28,930 nt of DNA from assembly GCA_964451475.1 (NCBI GenBank), contig CAYVII010000001.1, positions 1 to 28,930 of the forward strand, read 5' to 3'. Position 1 is the stretch's first letter, and the number at the start of each line of letters is the position of its first letter. A program made the position numbers and the translations under genes. This document shows, piece after piece, positions 1 through 14,140 of the stretch. The stretch comes from an uncultured Rickettsiales bacterium. Its GTDB lineage: Bacteria; Pseudomonadota; Alphaproteobacteria; Rickettsiales; 21-14-0-20-44-7. Below the pieces are notes generated by a model. That model was not told where the DNA came from. It did not search any database and saw only the letters and a list, made by a program, of their open reading frames with translations.

Positions 1-1
1 T

Positions 2-523
2 GGCTGTGATAAAATCCAGACAGGCAAAGGTTTTGGTGAGCCTATAACATTGCTTGCAGACATCGCGCCGGATGTTGAAGTTCTTTCGCTCACTATTTTT
101 AAAGCGGGTGTTAAATTCCTGGTTGCCGCGTCAAGCGGTCGTGGGTTTATTGTTCCTTCAGAGGAAGTAGTGGCGCAAACTAAGAACGGTAAGCAGGTGC
201 TTAACCTTAAAGATGGCGAAAAAGCTGTTGTTGCACGTGAAGTGACGGGTGACCATGTGGCAGTAGTTGGTGAAAACCGTAAGCTGCTTATATTCACGAT
301 AGATCAGCTTCCTGAAATGACCCGTGGTAGCGGTGTTGCGCTTCAGAAGTATAAGGATGGCAATCTTTCTGACGTTACTACTTTTAATAAATCTGAAGGT
401 TTAAGCTGGACACAGGGTAAGGATCGTACACGCACTGAAACTGATATCATGACGTGGCTATCAATGCGTGCCACTTCTGGTAAAATGGTGCCAAACGGCT
501 TCCCGAGAAACAATAAATTCTAG
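2..523 (+). CDS. parC: DNA topoisomerase IV subunit A, C-terminal fragment (starts before the window)
   Basis: Frame is open from position 2. GyrA/ParC beta-pinwheel repeats (GRGF, KQVLNLK, QLPEMTRGSGVALQKYKDG), and the ending RATSGKMVPNGFPRNNKF is typical of alphaproteobacterial ParC. Confidence 0.88.
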   Translation, partial: GCDKIQTGKGFGEPITLLADIAPDVEVLSLTIFKAGVKFLVAASSGRGFIVPSEEVVAQTKNGKQVLNLKDGEKAVVAREVTGDHVAVVGENRKLLIFTIDQLPEMTRGSGVALQKYKDGNLSDVTTFNKSEGLSWTQGKDRTRTETDIMTWLSMRATSGKMVPNGFPRNNKF

Positions 524-527
524 TAAT

Positions 528-558
528 AAAAAAAGCCCGCAGGTTTGCGGGCTTTTTA
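528..558. terminator. Bidirectional intrinsic terminator between parC and the RDD gene
   Basis: AAAAAGCCCGCA-GGTT-TGCGGGCTTTTT perfect stem with A and T tracts on either side, between convergent stops at 523 and 572. Confidence 0.9.
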
Positions 559-571
559 ATATGTGTATTAC

Positions 572-1024
572 TTACGCTTTTACTATGTATGTATTTGCAA
601 GGTTATCATGAAGGCCGCGCTTCTTTTTACTGAAGGCGATCATGATAAAGCCGATACAAAGTATCATCCAGCTTAGTATTTTACCAAAATAGCGGAATAC
701 TGAAGTTAGCAGGCTAATGCGATTGCCGTTTGCATCTACAACCTTCATGCCCAATGCGCGTTTGCCAAGCGTGCCCTGAATTTTTGAGCAGCAAAGACCA
801 ATTTCATATGCGGCGCCAAGAAATATGGCCAGTAATGTAAGGCGGTTCATTGCGCCCATCATACGCGCCTGTTCTTCTGCCGATGAGTTATCTATAACAT
901 CGGGCAGCATTACCAGGCCGATTACATAAATTGCCGCATATACAATTATAGCATCCAGTATATGCGCTAAAAGTCTTATCCAGAAGCCCGAGTAACGCGC
1001 TTCTTCCATATTTATTGGTTCCAT
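572..1024 (-). CDS. RDD family membrane protein
   Basis: YSGFWIRLLAHILD, two hydrophobic helices, QGTLGKRALGMKVVD, R-Y-F-G-K, RGLHD motifs; RBS AAGGAG upstream of the ATG. Confidence 0.88.
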   Translation of the reverse strand: MEPINMEEARYSGFWIRLLAHILDAIIVYAAIYVIGLVMLPDVIDNSSAEEQARMMGAMNRLTLLAIFLGAAYEIGLCCSKIQGTLGKRALGMKVVDANGNRISLLTSVFRYFGKILSWMILCIGFIMIAFSKKKRGLHDNLANTYIVKA

Positions 1025-1130
1025 AAATCTCCTTAAAGTTTAAAATCCTAATATAAACACTGGCTTAAAAAGTTTATAATGCAATGTTTTGCTATATTTG
1101 CTATTAAGCTGCGCAAGTAATGGAAATTTC

Positions 1131-1760
1131 ATGAGTAAGATACGCAACACTAAAACCCGTGTTAAAACGGCAAAGGAAAGGAAGATCGCCTCCACTTTGT
1201 GGCTGCAGCGTCAGCTTAATGACCCGCTGGTAAAGCAGGCGAAGGCTGATGGCTGGCGTTCACGCGCTGCATATAAGCTGCTTGATATGGATGAAAAGTT
1301 TCGTTTTTTAAAAGCTGGCATGAAGGTTCTGGATCTTGGTGCGGCACCCGGTGGATGGACTCAGGTTGCGCTCAAGAAAGGCTGTAAGGTTACGGCAATT
1401 GACCTGCTGGAAATAGACCATATTCCAGGCGCTAAAATAATACGTGGTGATTTTACTGAAACTGAAATTGAAGGGCCTTTTGACCTTGTTATGTCTGACA
1501 TGGCCCCAAATACCATGGGAGACAGAAGTGTAGACCATATAAGGGTGATGGCGCTGGTTGAAGAGGCGTATTATTACGCTATGGATAACCTGAACGAGGG
1601 CGGCCATTTTATAAGCAAAATATTTCAGGGTAATGAAAGTAAGAAGATGTTTGAGGATATGAGAACAAAGTTCAAGACCGTAAAATATTACAAGCCGGAT
1701 TCAAGTCGCAAGGATTCTAAGGAAATTTTCTTTGTTTGTCTTGATTATGGAGGAAATTAG
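1131..1760 (+). CDS. rlmE: 23S rRNA (U2552-2'-O)-methyltransferase RlmE/FtsJ
   Basis: RSRAAYKL, DLGAAPGGW, SDMAP, K-D-K-E tetrad and SRKDSKE. Start moved from TTG 1089 to ATG 1131, where the family-like N-terminus begins. Confidence 0.93.
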   Translation: MSKIRNTKTRVKTAKERKIASTLWLQRQLNDPLVKQAKADGWRSRAAYKLLDMDEKFRFLKAGMKVLDLGAAPGGWTQVALKKGCKVTAIDLLEIDHIPGAKIIRGDFTETEIEGPFDLVMSDMAPNTMGDRSVDHIRVMALVEEAYYYAMDNLNEGGHFISKIFQGNESKKMFEDMRTKFKTVKYYKPDSSRKDSKEIFFVCLDYGGN

Positions 1761-1805
1761 TTCTTTTTTAATGAGTTGCAGCTAATTTCTAGCATAAGGT
1801 AAGTT

Positions 1806-3779
1806 ATGCAGAATTACAGTTTTTCAGAAAAAGCAGCATGGATAGAGCCGGTAGAAGCTGCGGTTGCGCAGGCAAAGCCGGATGATAGCGGTTACGGTGT
1901 GATATATACGGTAATTGATGAACAGACATTGATAGGTGCGGCAGGTTATGAAAGATATAACCATTATGCCTATAAGATACTGAACAAGTACGGGCTTGAT
2001 AATTTTTCAAATATTGAAATAGCTTTTAACCCGCAATATGAAAAAATCGCTCTGCATGAAATACGCATAATACGCGGTAATGAACGCATTGAGCTGCTTG
2101 ATACGAATAATATTCGGCTATCTAAACGTGAAAAGGATTCGTACAGGCGTATTTATGACGAAACACAGACGCTGCTTGTTATTCTGGATGATGTAATGGA
2201 AGGCGATGTGGTGGAATATTCATTTACACGTATTGTCGATAGTTCTATTCCCGGGAACTGCTTTAGTGATGTTATTTACTTTAACTGGGGTATTCCTGTT
2301 GAGAAGATAATTGCCAGAATGGCGGTGCCGCATGGTATGGAGCTTAGTATCCGTGATAAATCGGGGGTAGAGCCGGAGATAACTGATGTAAACGGATATA
2401 AGAACTATGTCTGGAAAACCTCCCGTATGAACCCGATGCGTTATGAGCAGGGTGTACCAAACTGGGTGATACAGGATAAATATGTAGAAGTAAGTGAGTT
2501 CAAAGAATGGTGCGATGTAGTAAAATGGGCGATTCCGAAATATAAGGATTCGTTTGAGGTCAATGAGGAGATCAGACAGCTTGCAGATAGTATAAAGTCT
2601 AAAACTGCAGATGTTTCTGCCAGGTTTATTGAGGCTTTGCGTTATGTACGTGAAAGTATCAGGTATGTTAGCGTTGCGTATTCGGCAAGCGGGCAGCTTC
2701 CGCACCCGGCATCTATTACAATAGACCGTAAATATGGTGACTGTAAGGATAAATCCGCGCTGCTTGTTACATTGCTGCGCGAACTTGGAATTGTAGCGTA
2801 TCCTGCGCTAGTGAATAGTTACACCACGCGCGGAGTGAAAGATAAGTTGCCTTCGGGCAATGCATTTGACCATGTGATAGTTTATGCTGAAGTGAACGGT
2901 AAAAAGATATTTGCCGACCCTACTATGAGCTATTCTGCAGGTAACTTGGATAATCTGGAAATGCCTTTATACGGCGTTGCGCTTATTTTAAAAGAAGGCG
3001 AGGATGCTTTGACTGACATTCCTCAGGCTTTACCGGCGCAGCCTAATTTTGAAACACATGAGATATTTGATGTTAAGGGTGGTTACGGCAAGCCTGGCAA
3101 TCTGGTTGCAAAATCAATATACAGAGGTTCAGGCGCAAGTGAAATAAGAGCTATGCTCGCAAGTAACAGCATGGAAGATATCAAGGCTAACTATAAAGGT
3201 TATTATACCAATTTTTATGAAGATGTCGAAATAGTAGGTATCCAGTTCAAGGACGATCTTGAAAAAAACGAGGTTGTTTTGTTTGAAGAGTATAAGCTTT
3301 CTTCACCTTGGAAAAAAGGTGACAAAAATCTTGCGCACTTCATATTCTCGTATGCGGCTTTCAGACGTCACTTCCTTACACCTCCTCAGGAAGGTTCAAG
3401 AAAATATCCGTTCCTTATAGATGCGGCTTTCCCGCATGCTATCAAGACAATTGAGGCTAAGCTGCCGCGCAGCAGATGGTCAAAAGTTAAGCAGAAAAAG
3501 AAGAACAAAAACGAATTCTTTGAATATGAGTTTGAGGAAAATATTAGGTCAAACGTACTGAAAAGTAAGATGGAACTGCGTTTCCTGCAAAATCTGGTTC
3601 CGGCTGAGAAATTCCAGTCTTACAAGAAAGATGCTGAAAAGACTCTGGAAAATATAGGCGACAGGTATATGTCTGACCATGCTACCAAATGGGGGCGTTT
3701 TGTTGAGCGCTATCTGGTAATACTGGGCATTGTTGCGTTCATTGCCCTTAAGATTGCAGTGGTTAGCTCTCAGAGGTAA
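1806..3779 (+). CDS. DUF3857 + transglutaminase-like (Cys-His-Asp) protein with a single C-terminal TM helix
   Basis: GDCKDKS, FDHVI and ADPT triad motifs; N-terminal DUF3857-like region (GDVVEYSFT); hydrophobic tail YLVILGIVAFIALKIAVV. Confidence 0.8.
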   Translation: MQNYSFSEKAAWIEPVEAAVAQAKPDDSGYGVIYTVIDEQTLIGAAGYERYNHYAYKILNKYGLDNFSNIEIAFNPQYEKIALHEIRIIRGNERIELLDTNNIRLSKREKDSYRRIYDETQTLLVILDDVMEGDVVEYSFTRIVDSSIPGNCFSDVIYFNWGIPVEKIIARMAVPHGMELSIRDKSGVEPEITDVNGYKNYVWKTSRMNPMRYEQGVPNWVIQDKYVEVSEFKEWCDVVKWAIPKYKDSFEVNEEIRQLADSIKSKTADVSARFIEALRYVRESIRYVSVAYSASGQLPHPASITIDRKYGDCKDKSALLVTLLRELGIVAYPALVNSYTTRGVKDKLPSGNAFDHVIVYAEVNGKKIFADPTMSYSAGNLDNLEMPLYGVALILKEGEDALTDIPQALPAQPNFETHEIFDVKGGYGKPGNLVAKSIYRGSGASEIRAMLASNSMEDIKANYKGYYTNFYEDVEIVGIQFKDDLEKNEVVLFEEYKLSSPWKKGDKNLAHFIFSYAAFRRHFLTPPQEGSRKYPFLIDAAFPHAIKTIEAKLPRSRWSKVKQKKKNKNEFFEYEFEENIRSNVLKSKMELRFLQNLVPAEKFQSYKKDAEKTLENIGDRYMSDHATKWGRFVERYLVILGIVAFIALKIAVVSSQR

Positions 3780-3829
3780 GTATTTCCTTGTTTTTGGGCG
3801 CAAAAGTCTTTAAACAGCGCCCAATCCTT

Positions 3830-5653
3830 ATGCTTACAATAAATGAACTTACCTTCCGCATTGGCGGGCGCACTTTGCTGGATAACGCATCCCTGACCAT
3901 ATCATCTGGCCAAAAGATAGGTCTTGTCGGGCCAAACGGCACCGGTAAATCTACTCTTTTCAAGCTTATTACCGGTGAACTTACGGCAGATAGCGGTGAT
4001 ATAACTATTGCCAACCGTGTAAGCGTTGGTGTTGTAAGGCAGGACATTCCTGAAGATGATACAAGCCTTGTGGATATTGTTCTTTCTTTTGATAAGGAGC
4101 GTGCGGCTCTTTTGAAAGAGGCTGAAACTACTGAAGATCCTGACCGCATCGGCTATGTATATACGCGCCTTGAAGAGATTGGCGCTTATGAAGCGCCTTC
4201 ACGTGCCGAAACTATTCTTGCCGGTCTTGGCTTTGATAATGAAGCGCAGAATATGCCGATATCTGCATTCTCGGGCGGCTGGCGTATGCGTGTTGCGCTT
4301 GCGGCTGCGTTATTTTTACAACCTGACCTACTTATGCTGGATGAGCCTACCAACCACCTTGACTTTGAAGCAATGGTCTGGCTGGAAAGCTATTTGATGA
4401 ACTACGACAAAACGGTAGTTATTATTTCGCACGACCGCGACATACTGAACAAAACCGTTACGCATATTGCGCATTTGGATAATAAGAAAATTACCATGTA
4501 CACCGGTAATTATGACCAGTTTGAGCGCCGCCGTGCAGAAAAAGCCATGAACCAGCAAGCGCTGCATGAAAAGCAAATGGCGCAAAAAGAACATATGATG
4601 AAGTTTGTGGACAGGTTCCGCGCAACTGCATCTAAAGCGCGTCAGGCGCAAAGCCGCCTTAAGGCTATTCAGAAAATGGATATTGTTGATGCGGTGATGG
4701 CTGAACGTGTTACTAAATTTGAATTTCCTGAACCTGCTCAGCTGGCATCGCCAATCATTACAATTGATAACGTAGATGTTGGATATACTCCCGGTAAGCC
4801 CGTGCTTAAAAAGCTTAGCCTGCGTATTGATATGGATGACCGTATTGCCCTGCTTGGCGCTAACGGTAACGGTAAATCAACGCTTGTGAAGCTGATATCT
4901 GATACTTTGCAGCCAATGAATGGTGATATGCACCGTTCAAGTAAACTGAAGATAGGCTATTTTGCGCAGCACCAGACAGATGACCTTGATGTGACGCAAA
5001 CCCCATACCAGCTTATGCAGGATGTTATGAAAGAGCATCCTGAAGCTAAGGTGCGCGGTGTTCTTGGCCGTTTTGGTTTTGACCGCCATAAGGCTGATAC
5101 AAAAGTGCAGGAACTTTCAGGTGGCGAGAAAGGTCGGCTTCTGCTTTGCATTATGAGCTATGATGCGCCGCATATCATGCTGCTGGATGAACCTACCAAC
5201 CACCTTGATATGGATGCGCGTGAAGCTTTAACGCAGGCGCTGAATAATTACGAAGGAGCGGTTATACTGGTAAGCCATGACCCTCACCTTGTTGAGTGCG
5301 TTGCTGACCGTTTATGGTTAGTTGCAGACGGTACATGCCAGCCATATGACGGCGATATTGATGCGTACCGTCAGCTTGTTATGGACCAGCGCAAAAAAGA
5401 GCGTAAGGCAGCCCGTGAAGCTAATAAAAAAGATAAAGATGCGCCAAACACCAATGATAATGAAAAGCAGGCTAAAAAGTTGGAAAAACGTATTGAAGAA
5501 CTTACAAAGCAGCGTGATAACCTAGAAAATGAAATAGCGGTATTTTCACAGCAAGGTGCCGCGCATAAACTAAAAGATATGAATGTGCTTCATAAGAAGA
5601 TAGTCAAAGAATTGCAGGATGCAGAAATTGAATGGATGAAGCTTATTGCCTAA
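3830..5653 (+). CDS. ABC-F family ATPase (YheS/Uup-like)
   Basis: Two NBDs (GPNGTGKS and GANGNGKS, FSGGW and LSGGE, LDEPTNHLD twice), inter-ABC linker, C-terminal coiled coil, no TM segment. ATG 3830 (MLTINEL) preferred over TTG 3788. Confidence 0.92.
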   Translation: MLTINELTFRIGGRTLLDNASLTISSGQKIGLVGPNGTGKSTLFKLITGELTADSGDITIANRVSVGVVRQDIPEDDTSLVDIVLSFDKERAALLKEAETTEDPDRIGYVYTRLEEIGAYEAPSRAETILAGLGFDNEAQNMPISAFSGGWRMRVALAAALFLQPDLLMLDEPTNHLDFEAMVWLESYLMNYDKTVVIISHDRDILNKTVTHIAHLDNKKITMYTGNYDQFERRRAEKAMNQQALHEKQMAQKEHMMKFVDRFRATASKARQAQSRLKAIQKMDIVDAVMAERVTKFEFPEPAQLASPIITIDNVDVGYTPGKPVLKKLSLRIDMDDRIALLGANGNGKSTLVKLISDTLQPMNGDMHRSSKLKIGYFAQHQTDDLDVTQTPYQLMQDVMKEHPEAKVRGVLGRFGFDRHKADTKVQELSGGEKGRLLLCIMSYDAPHIMLLDEPTNHLDMDAREALTQALNNYEGAVILVSHDPHLVECVADRLWLVADGTCQPYDGDIDAYRQLVMDQRKKERKAAREANKKDKDAPNTNDNEKQAKKLEKRIEELTKQRDNLENEIAVFSQQGAAHKLKDMNVLHKKIVKELQDAEIEWMKLIA

Positions 5654-8523
5654 CGGCTAAGTGTCACTTGTGTTTCTTTTGGTATAGTTCCAGTTAAATA
5701 TTCTGCAGCTTTATCAATATCAGCCTTATTAAAGGTTTTTTGCGGTATGTGCAGTGCAAATCCTTTCTCGGTCTCTTTATGGGTTGAGTATTGCTGGTCT
5801 GTTCCTGCAGATTTTTTTGCTGATATTATCGGGTTTAGACCGTCCTGAATTATTTCCGCATGCTCAAAATGCTGGCCGCCGATAAGTTCTGCATGTGAAG
5901 TTCTTATATCTGCCTTTGCCAGTAATGCCTGTATAGAATGTCCTTTTACTATTGCATCATTCAGATGTTGCGAACCCACTATTACCGCTATCCGTGCCGA
6001 GGGGTTATGTCTTGCAAGGTTTTCAAGCCTTTGTGCCATTTCTATATTACGCTTGGTGAATAACAAATTTTTTGTATGCTCACTTGCGTGTTCAAGATCT
6101 GTTGTTTCTGACATAAATGCCGCTCTTGCATTCCCGATTGCGTTTTTGTTTGTATCAATGCAATGCAGATTAATGCCGCCTTCTTTGCAAAACCGGAAGA
6201 TTTCGAATAAGGCCTGTTTTTTCTCCGGCACCTCATTCAGCTCAAATTCCCAGTATCCAGTAAATTTCTCATCGGTAAGTTTACCCGCGATATATTCATC
6301 TATTTCCGGTTGGTGCTGGTATGAAAGTTCAATTGCAATATCTGTAAGACCATTCTTCGCTACCATTGCCGGTAGCGCGTAAAGTTCTGTTGCGGCATGG
6401 CCGATGTTATAATGCGTTTCACCAATCAAAAATACTTGCGCTTCAGGTTGCCAGCAGCTTGCAAGCATCAGACCCTGATTATTATTTGTAAAATCAAGTT
6501 CAGTGGCTTTGTTCTCTGTTTTTCCCTGTGCGTAAAATATACTTTTATTTACAAAATCTGCAAAGTTTTCAAAGTTTATTGCATACCTGTAGCTGCGGTT
6601 TGCCGGTAATAAAATCTCTGTTTCCGTAGCGCCTATTGCAAGTTCAGGCTCTTTATTCAGCTGCATTAATTTATCAAGCGCTGCTAGTCGGCCTGAGACA
6701 TTGTTATGGCCGGCAAGAAGCTGTGCGAATTTTTGCGCTTTTGCTTCCGTGAGTTCATTTTTGGATATCGATACCGCAAGTTTTGTCACAAGTATTGTAA
6801 ATAGTTCATCGCTTGCGGCAATCACCTTCATTAAAGGCTTTGTATTTTTATCATTCAGTGTTGCTTTCGTTGCTACTATGGCATTTGAGGTTTTTTCAAA
6901 GTCATCTGTAAGCATTTTTACAAATTCAGGCTGATTCAGGTCTCTTTCGGCAAAAAAGCTAAGGCATTTGTAGTAATTTGGCGGTAGCTGATCTTTAAAG
7001 TCAGCCATCAGACGTTCAAAGAGTAGCGTATCTTCAGGAGGACTAAAATATTTTGGTCCCATGTACATGGGGGCGCCGTAAGCATTAAGTGCTGATGACC
7101 TGTCCATTAACAGATCAATTACTTTTGCGTCAGCTTCAGGTATGAGGTTTTTAAGATTATCTAGCTTGTTCTCTCTTTCCAGCTGCACCAGATTTTGAAG
7201 GAAATAAGAAAATACAGAGTTATTGCCATGTGAGTTACTTTGGTGATTTCCTCCGAATTTATTCATGTATTTAATAAAATGGCGGCTTGATTCTATTGGC
7301 TCACCCGTATCAAACATTTCCATTGCCATACTGGTTATAATGTTTGAGTCGTGACCTTCTGTAAGAAAAGATCCAGCTTTATGTAAATAGTCTCTAGTGG
7401 TAATTCTTAGTTGCCTTGCGCTAAGTATTCCTGCATCTGCAAATAATTTACATAGCGCAGGGAATTTATACATGCCCTGATATGTATTTATAAACTCTGA
7501 TCCTTTTTCGTATGTATAATAAGATGATGCGTCTCTTATCCTGCCAAGATCAAAAGTTCTGGCATTATAGCCATCACCGCGCATTGATTTTGGAATATTT
7601 GAAAATATGCGGGTTATGGAATTAGCAATGGCAGGGTCGTGTGCGGCTTCTGCCATTAGTCCGCTACGGAATCTTTGCAGCGCATCAAGTCTTAGTTCAT
7701 TCACTAAAGCGCGTATCATTGGCACGTAGGAATGATTAGGTATCTTACCGTCTCTGCTCCAGTGTGATGATATTGAATCCGGCAAGTTATGGCCGCATTT
7801 TTTTTGTAGCTCCTCTTGTCTTTGGTAACGGGATTTTTTTACTTCCTCAGGTTCGTCATTGCTATAATATGCTGTGAAGCCGTGTTCCGCATTGTGAAGC
7901 AATATTTTTGTGTATTCTAAAACTTCTTCATTGCTTAATTCAGGCCCACTTCTTTTTATTGCCGGCACCACTTTCTCAATTGCTATACGAATGTTTACAT
8001 GACGCAGGGTATCCTTATCATTCAGCGCTTCTTCAAGTGCATCAAATGCTGTAATTATTCCAGTGATACCAGTAAATATATGATCATAAGGATAATGGTC
8101 AGTGTTATAGCCGGTATGAGCGCCCATATGTTTGCGAGCGTTTTCAAAATAAGGGTTATTATCGGGCAGGGGCGGGTTATTTAGCGCTTCTGTAACTGCC
8201 GCTTTTTGTGCGTTAAGTTCAGCCCTTAGGGCGGCAAATTCTTTGCGGCGGAAATATCCAGCCAAAAAACTAAGCCGGCTTTCCTGTTTTTCAAGCTCCG
8301 CAATATCTGCGTTTACAGTGTCCAGCAGTTTTAAGGAATTACGGTAGGCAATAAAATGTGATGTTGCGTCGCCGATCATATAATCGGCCAGTAAGCCGGC
8401 CTGTTGTCTGGAATGGCTTAATTTTGCAAGTAAGTCAGCATCATAGGCAAATTCATCATTTTTGCCGCCCTTACCTTCTCCACTGGCTATTTCTGCCTGA
8501 ATCCGCTGCAACACATCCATCAT
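5650..8523 (-). CDS. Large hypothetical protein (957 aa) with a C-terminal EreA/ChaN/TIKI-like domain
   Basis: Uninterrupted 2.9-kb ORF. C-terminal FLIGETH...IAIE...RNIEMAQRL...IVGSQHL; N-terminal helical/coiled-coil region; no signal peptide. Confidence 0.6.
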   Translation of the reverse strand: MMDVLQRIQAEIASGEGKGGKNDEFAYDADLLAKLSHSRQQAGLLADYMIGDATSHFIAYRNSLKLLDTVNADIAELEKQESRLSFLAGYFRRKEFAALRAELNAQKAAVTEALNNPPLPDNNPYFENARKHMGAHTGYNTDHYPYDHIFTGITGIITAFDALEEALNDKDTLRHVNIRIAIEKVVPAIKRSGPELSNEEVLEYTKILLHNAEHGFTAYYSNDEPEEVKKSRYQRQEELQKKCGHNLPDSISSHWSRDGKIPNHSYVPMIRALVNELRLDALQRFRSGLMAEAAHDPAIANSITRIFSNIPKSMRGDGYNARTFDLGRIRDASSYYTYEKGSEFINTYQGMYKFPALCKLFADAGILSARQLRITTRDYLHKAGSFLTEGHDSNIITSMAMEMFDTGEPIESSRHFIKYMNKFGGNHQSNSHGNNSVFSYFLQNLVQLERENKLDNLKNLIPEADAKVIDLLMDRSSALNAYGAPMYMGPKYFSPPEDTLLFERLMADFKDQLPPNYYKCLSFFAERDLNQPEFVKMLTDDFEKTSNAIVATKATLNDKNTKPLMKVIAASDELFTILVTKLAVSISKNELTEAKAQKFAQLLAGHNNVSGRLAALDKLMQLNKEPELAIGATETEILLPANRSYRYAINFENFADFVNKSIFYAQGKTENKATELDFTNNNQGLMLASCWQPEAQVFLIGETHYNIGHAATELYALPAMVAKNGLTDIAIELSYQHQPEIDEYIAGKLTDEKFTGYWEFELNEVPEKKQALFEIFRFCKEGGINLHCIDTNKNAIGNARAAFMSETTDLEHASEHTKNLLFTKRNIEMAQRLENLARHNPSARIAVIVGSQHLNDAIVKGHSIQALLAKADIRTSHAELIGGQHFEHAEIIQDGLNPIISAKKSAGTDQQYSTHKETEKGFALHIPQKTFNKADIDKAAEYLTGTIPKETQVTLSR

Positions 8524-8572
8524 AATAACTTTATAAAATGTAGTATATTTCTATTAAGCATTTGTGACATAA

Positions 8573-10150
<1,578 letters not shown>

Positions 10151-10212
10151 TAACTTATTAAGTTCAGGATGATAATTTCCGCGAGCTAACAAATAAATCT
10201 AGGGAAAATAAA

Positions 10213-10817
10213 ATGAAAAACTACTCAAAACTACTGGCATTAGGACTAACGCTTGGCCTTGGCGCATGCGCATCCATCATTGAAGGTGAATCTGATAGAG
10301 TTGAACTTAAAACTCAGCAGAACATTCCTGCGCAATGCCAGCTTTCTAACGGCCGAGGTACTTACACAATCAACGCTCCGGGTTCTGCAGAGATCAAGAA
10401 ATCAAAAACGGACCTGGATATCAATTGCCATGGCGCAGACGGCTCAAACGCTAAAAAAGTTGTTCAGTCAGATATGGAAACATGGTTCATCGGTAACCTT
10501 GTGTTTGGTGGTATAATTGGCGGAGGTGTTGACGCTGCAACAGGTTCTATGTGGGAATACCCTAAAGAAATATCGGTTGATATGACTCCTATTGCCCAGC
10601 CTGTATCACAGCAATATTACACTCCTGCCGAACCTCAGCAATCATATGCTCCGGCTACCTTAGTTCCTGAGGCTGCAACTGCTCCGGCAACGATTGCACC
10701 TGCAGCTCCTTATGCTCAGCCTCAGCAATATGCACCTACGGTTCAGCCGCAAGCACAGGCTGCGCAGCCAACTTACTATGCACCTGCACAAGTGCCTGCA
10801 ATCGCTCCTGCTAACTA

Positions 10818-10818
<1 letters not shown>
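10213..10818 (+). CDS. Predicted lipoprotein with a Pro/Gln/Ala/Tyr-rich C-terminal tail
   Basis: Lipobox LGAC (Cys19), CASIIEG, Gly-rich hydrophobic segment GNLVFGGIIGGGVDAATG; stop overlaps the next ATG (TAATG). Confidence 0.75.
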
Positions 10819-13772
<2,954 letters not shown>

Positions 13773-13860
13773 TTAGGTGTAGTCAATAATGCAGCTAATA
13801 ATGATAATAATTAAAAGCTGCGGTTGAAAAGCAATATATAACCAAACATGGAGAAGAAAA

Positions 13861-14133
13861 ATGAAAAGTTCAGTTAAAAAGTTTTTGGCAATAGCACTGG
13901 TTGGCGGTGCGTTATTCGGTGCAACAGGTGCAAGCGCGCATGATTGGGACAATGGCCGTCATAAAGGATATAATAATTGGCATGGTTACGATAAAAAAGT
14001 AGTGCATGTACATAAGCACAAACCTGTAAAATATGTGTATAAACGCTATGAATCACGTCCTAAGTATGTTTATCATGACCACCGCAATTATTATTCAAAA
14101 CCGGACCGTCTGATAATCGGCTTCAATTTCTAG
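13861..14133 (+). CDS. Secreted His/Lys/Tyr-rich small protein ending IGFNF (paralog 1)
   Basis: Signal peptide ending ASA, GGAG RBS, low-complexity H/K/Y mature part, and a C-terminus shared with 14521..14802. Confidence 0.75.
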   Translation: MKSSVKKFLAIALVGGALFGATGASAHDWDNGRHKGYNNWHGYDKKVVHVHKHKPVKYVYKRYESRPKYVYHDHRNYYSKPDRLIIGFNF

Positions 14134-14140
14134 GTAATTC

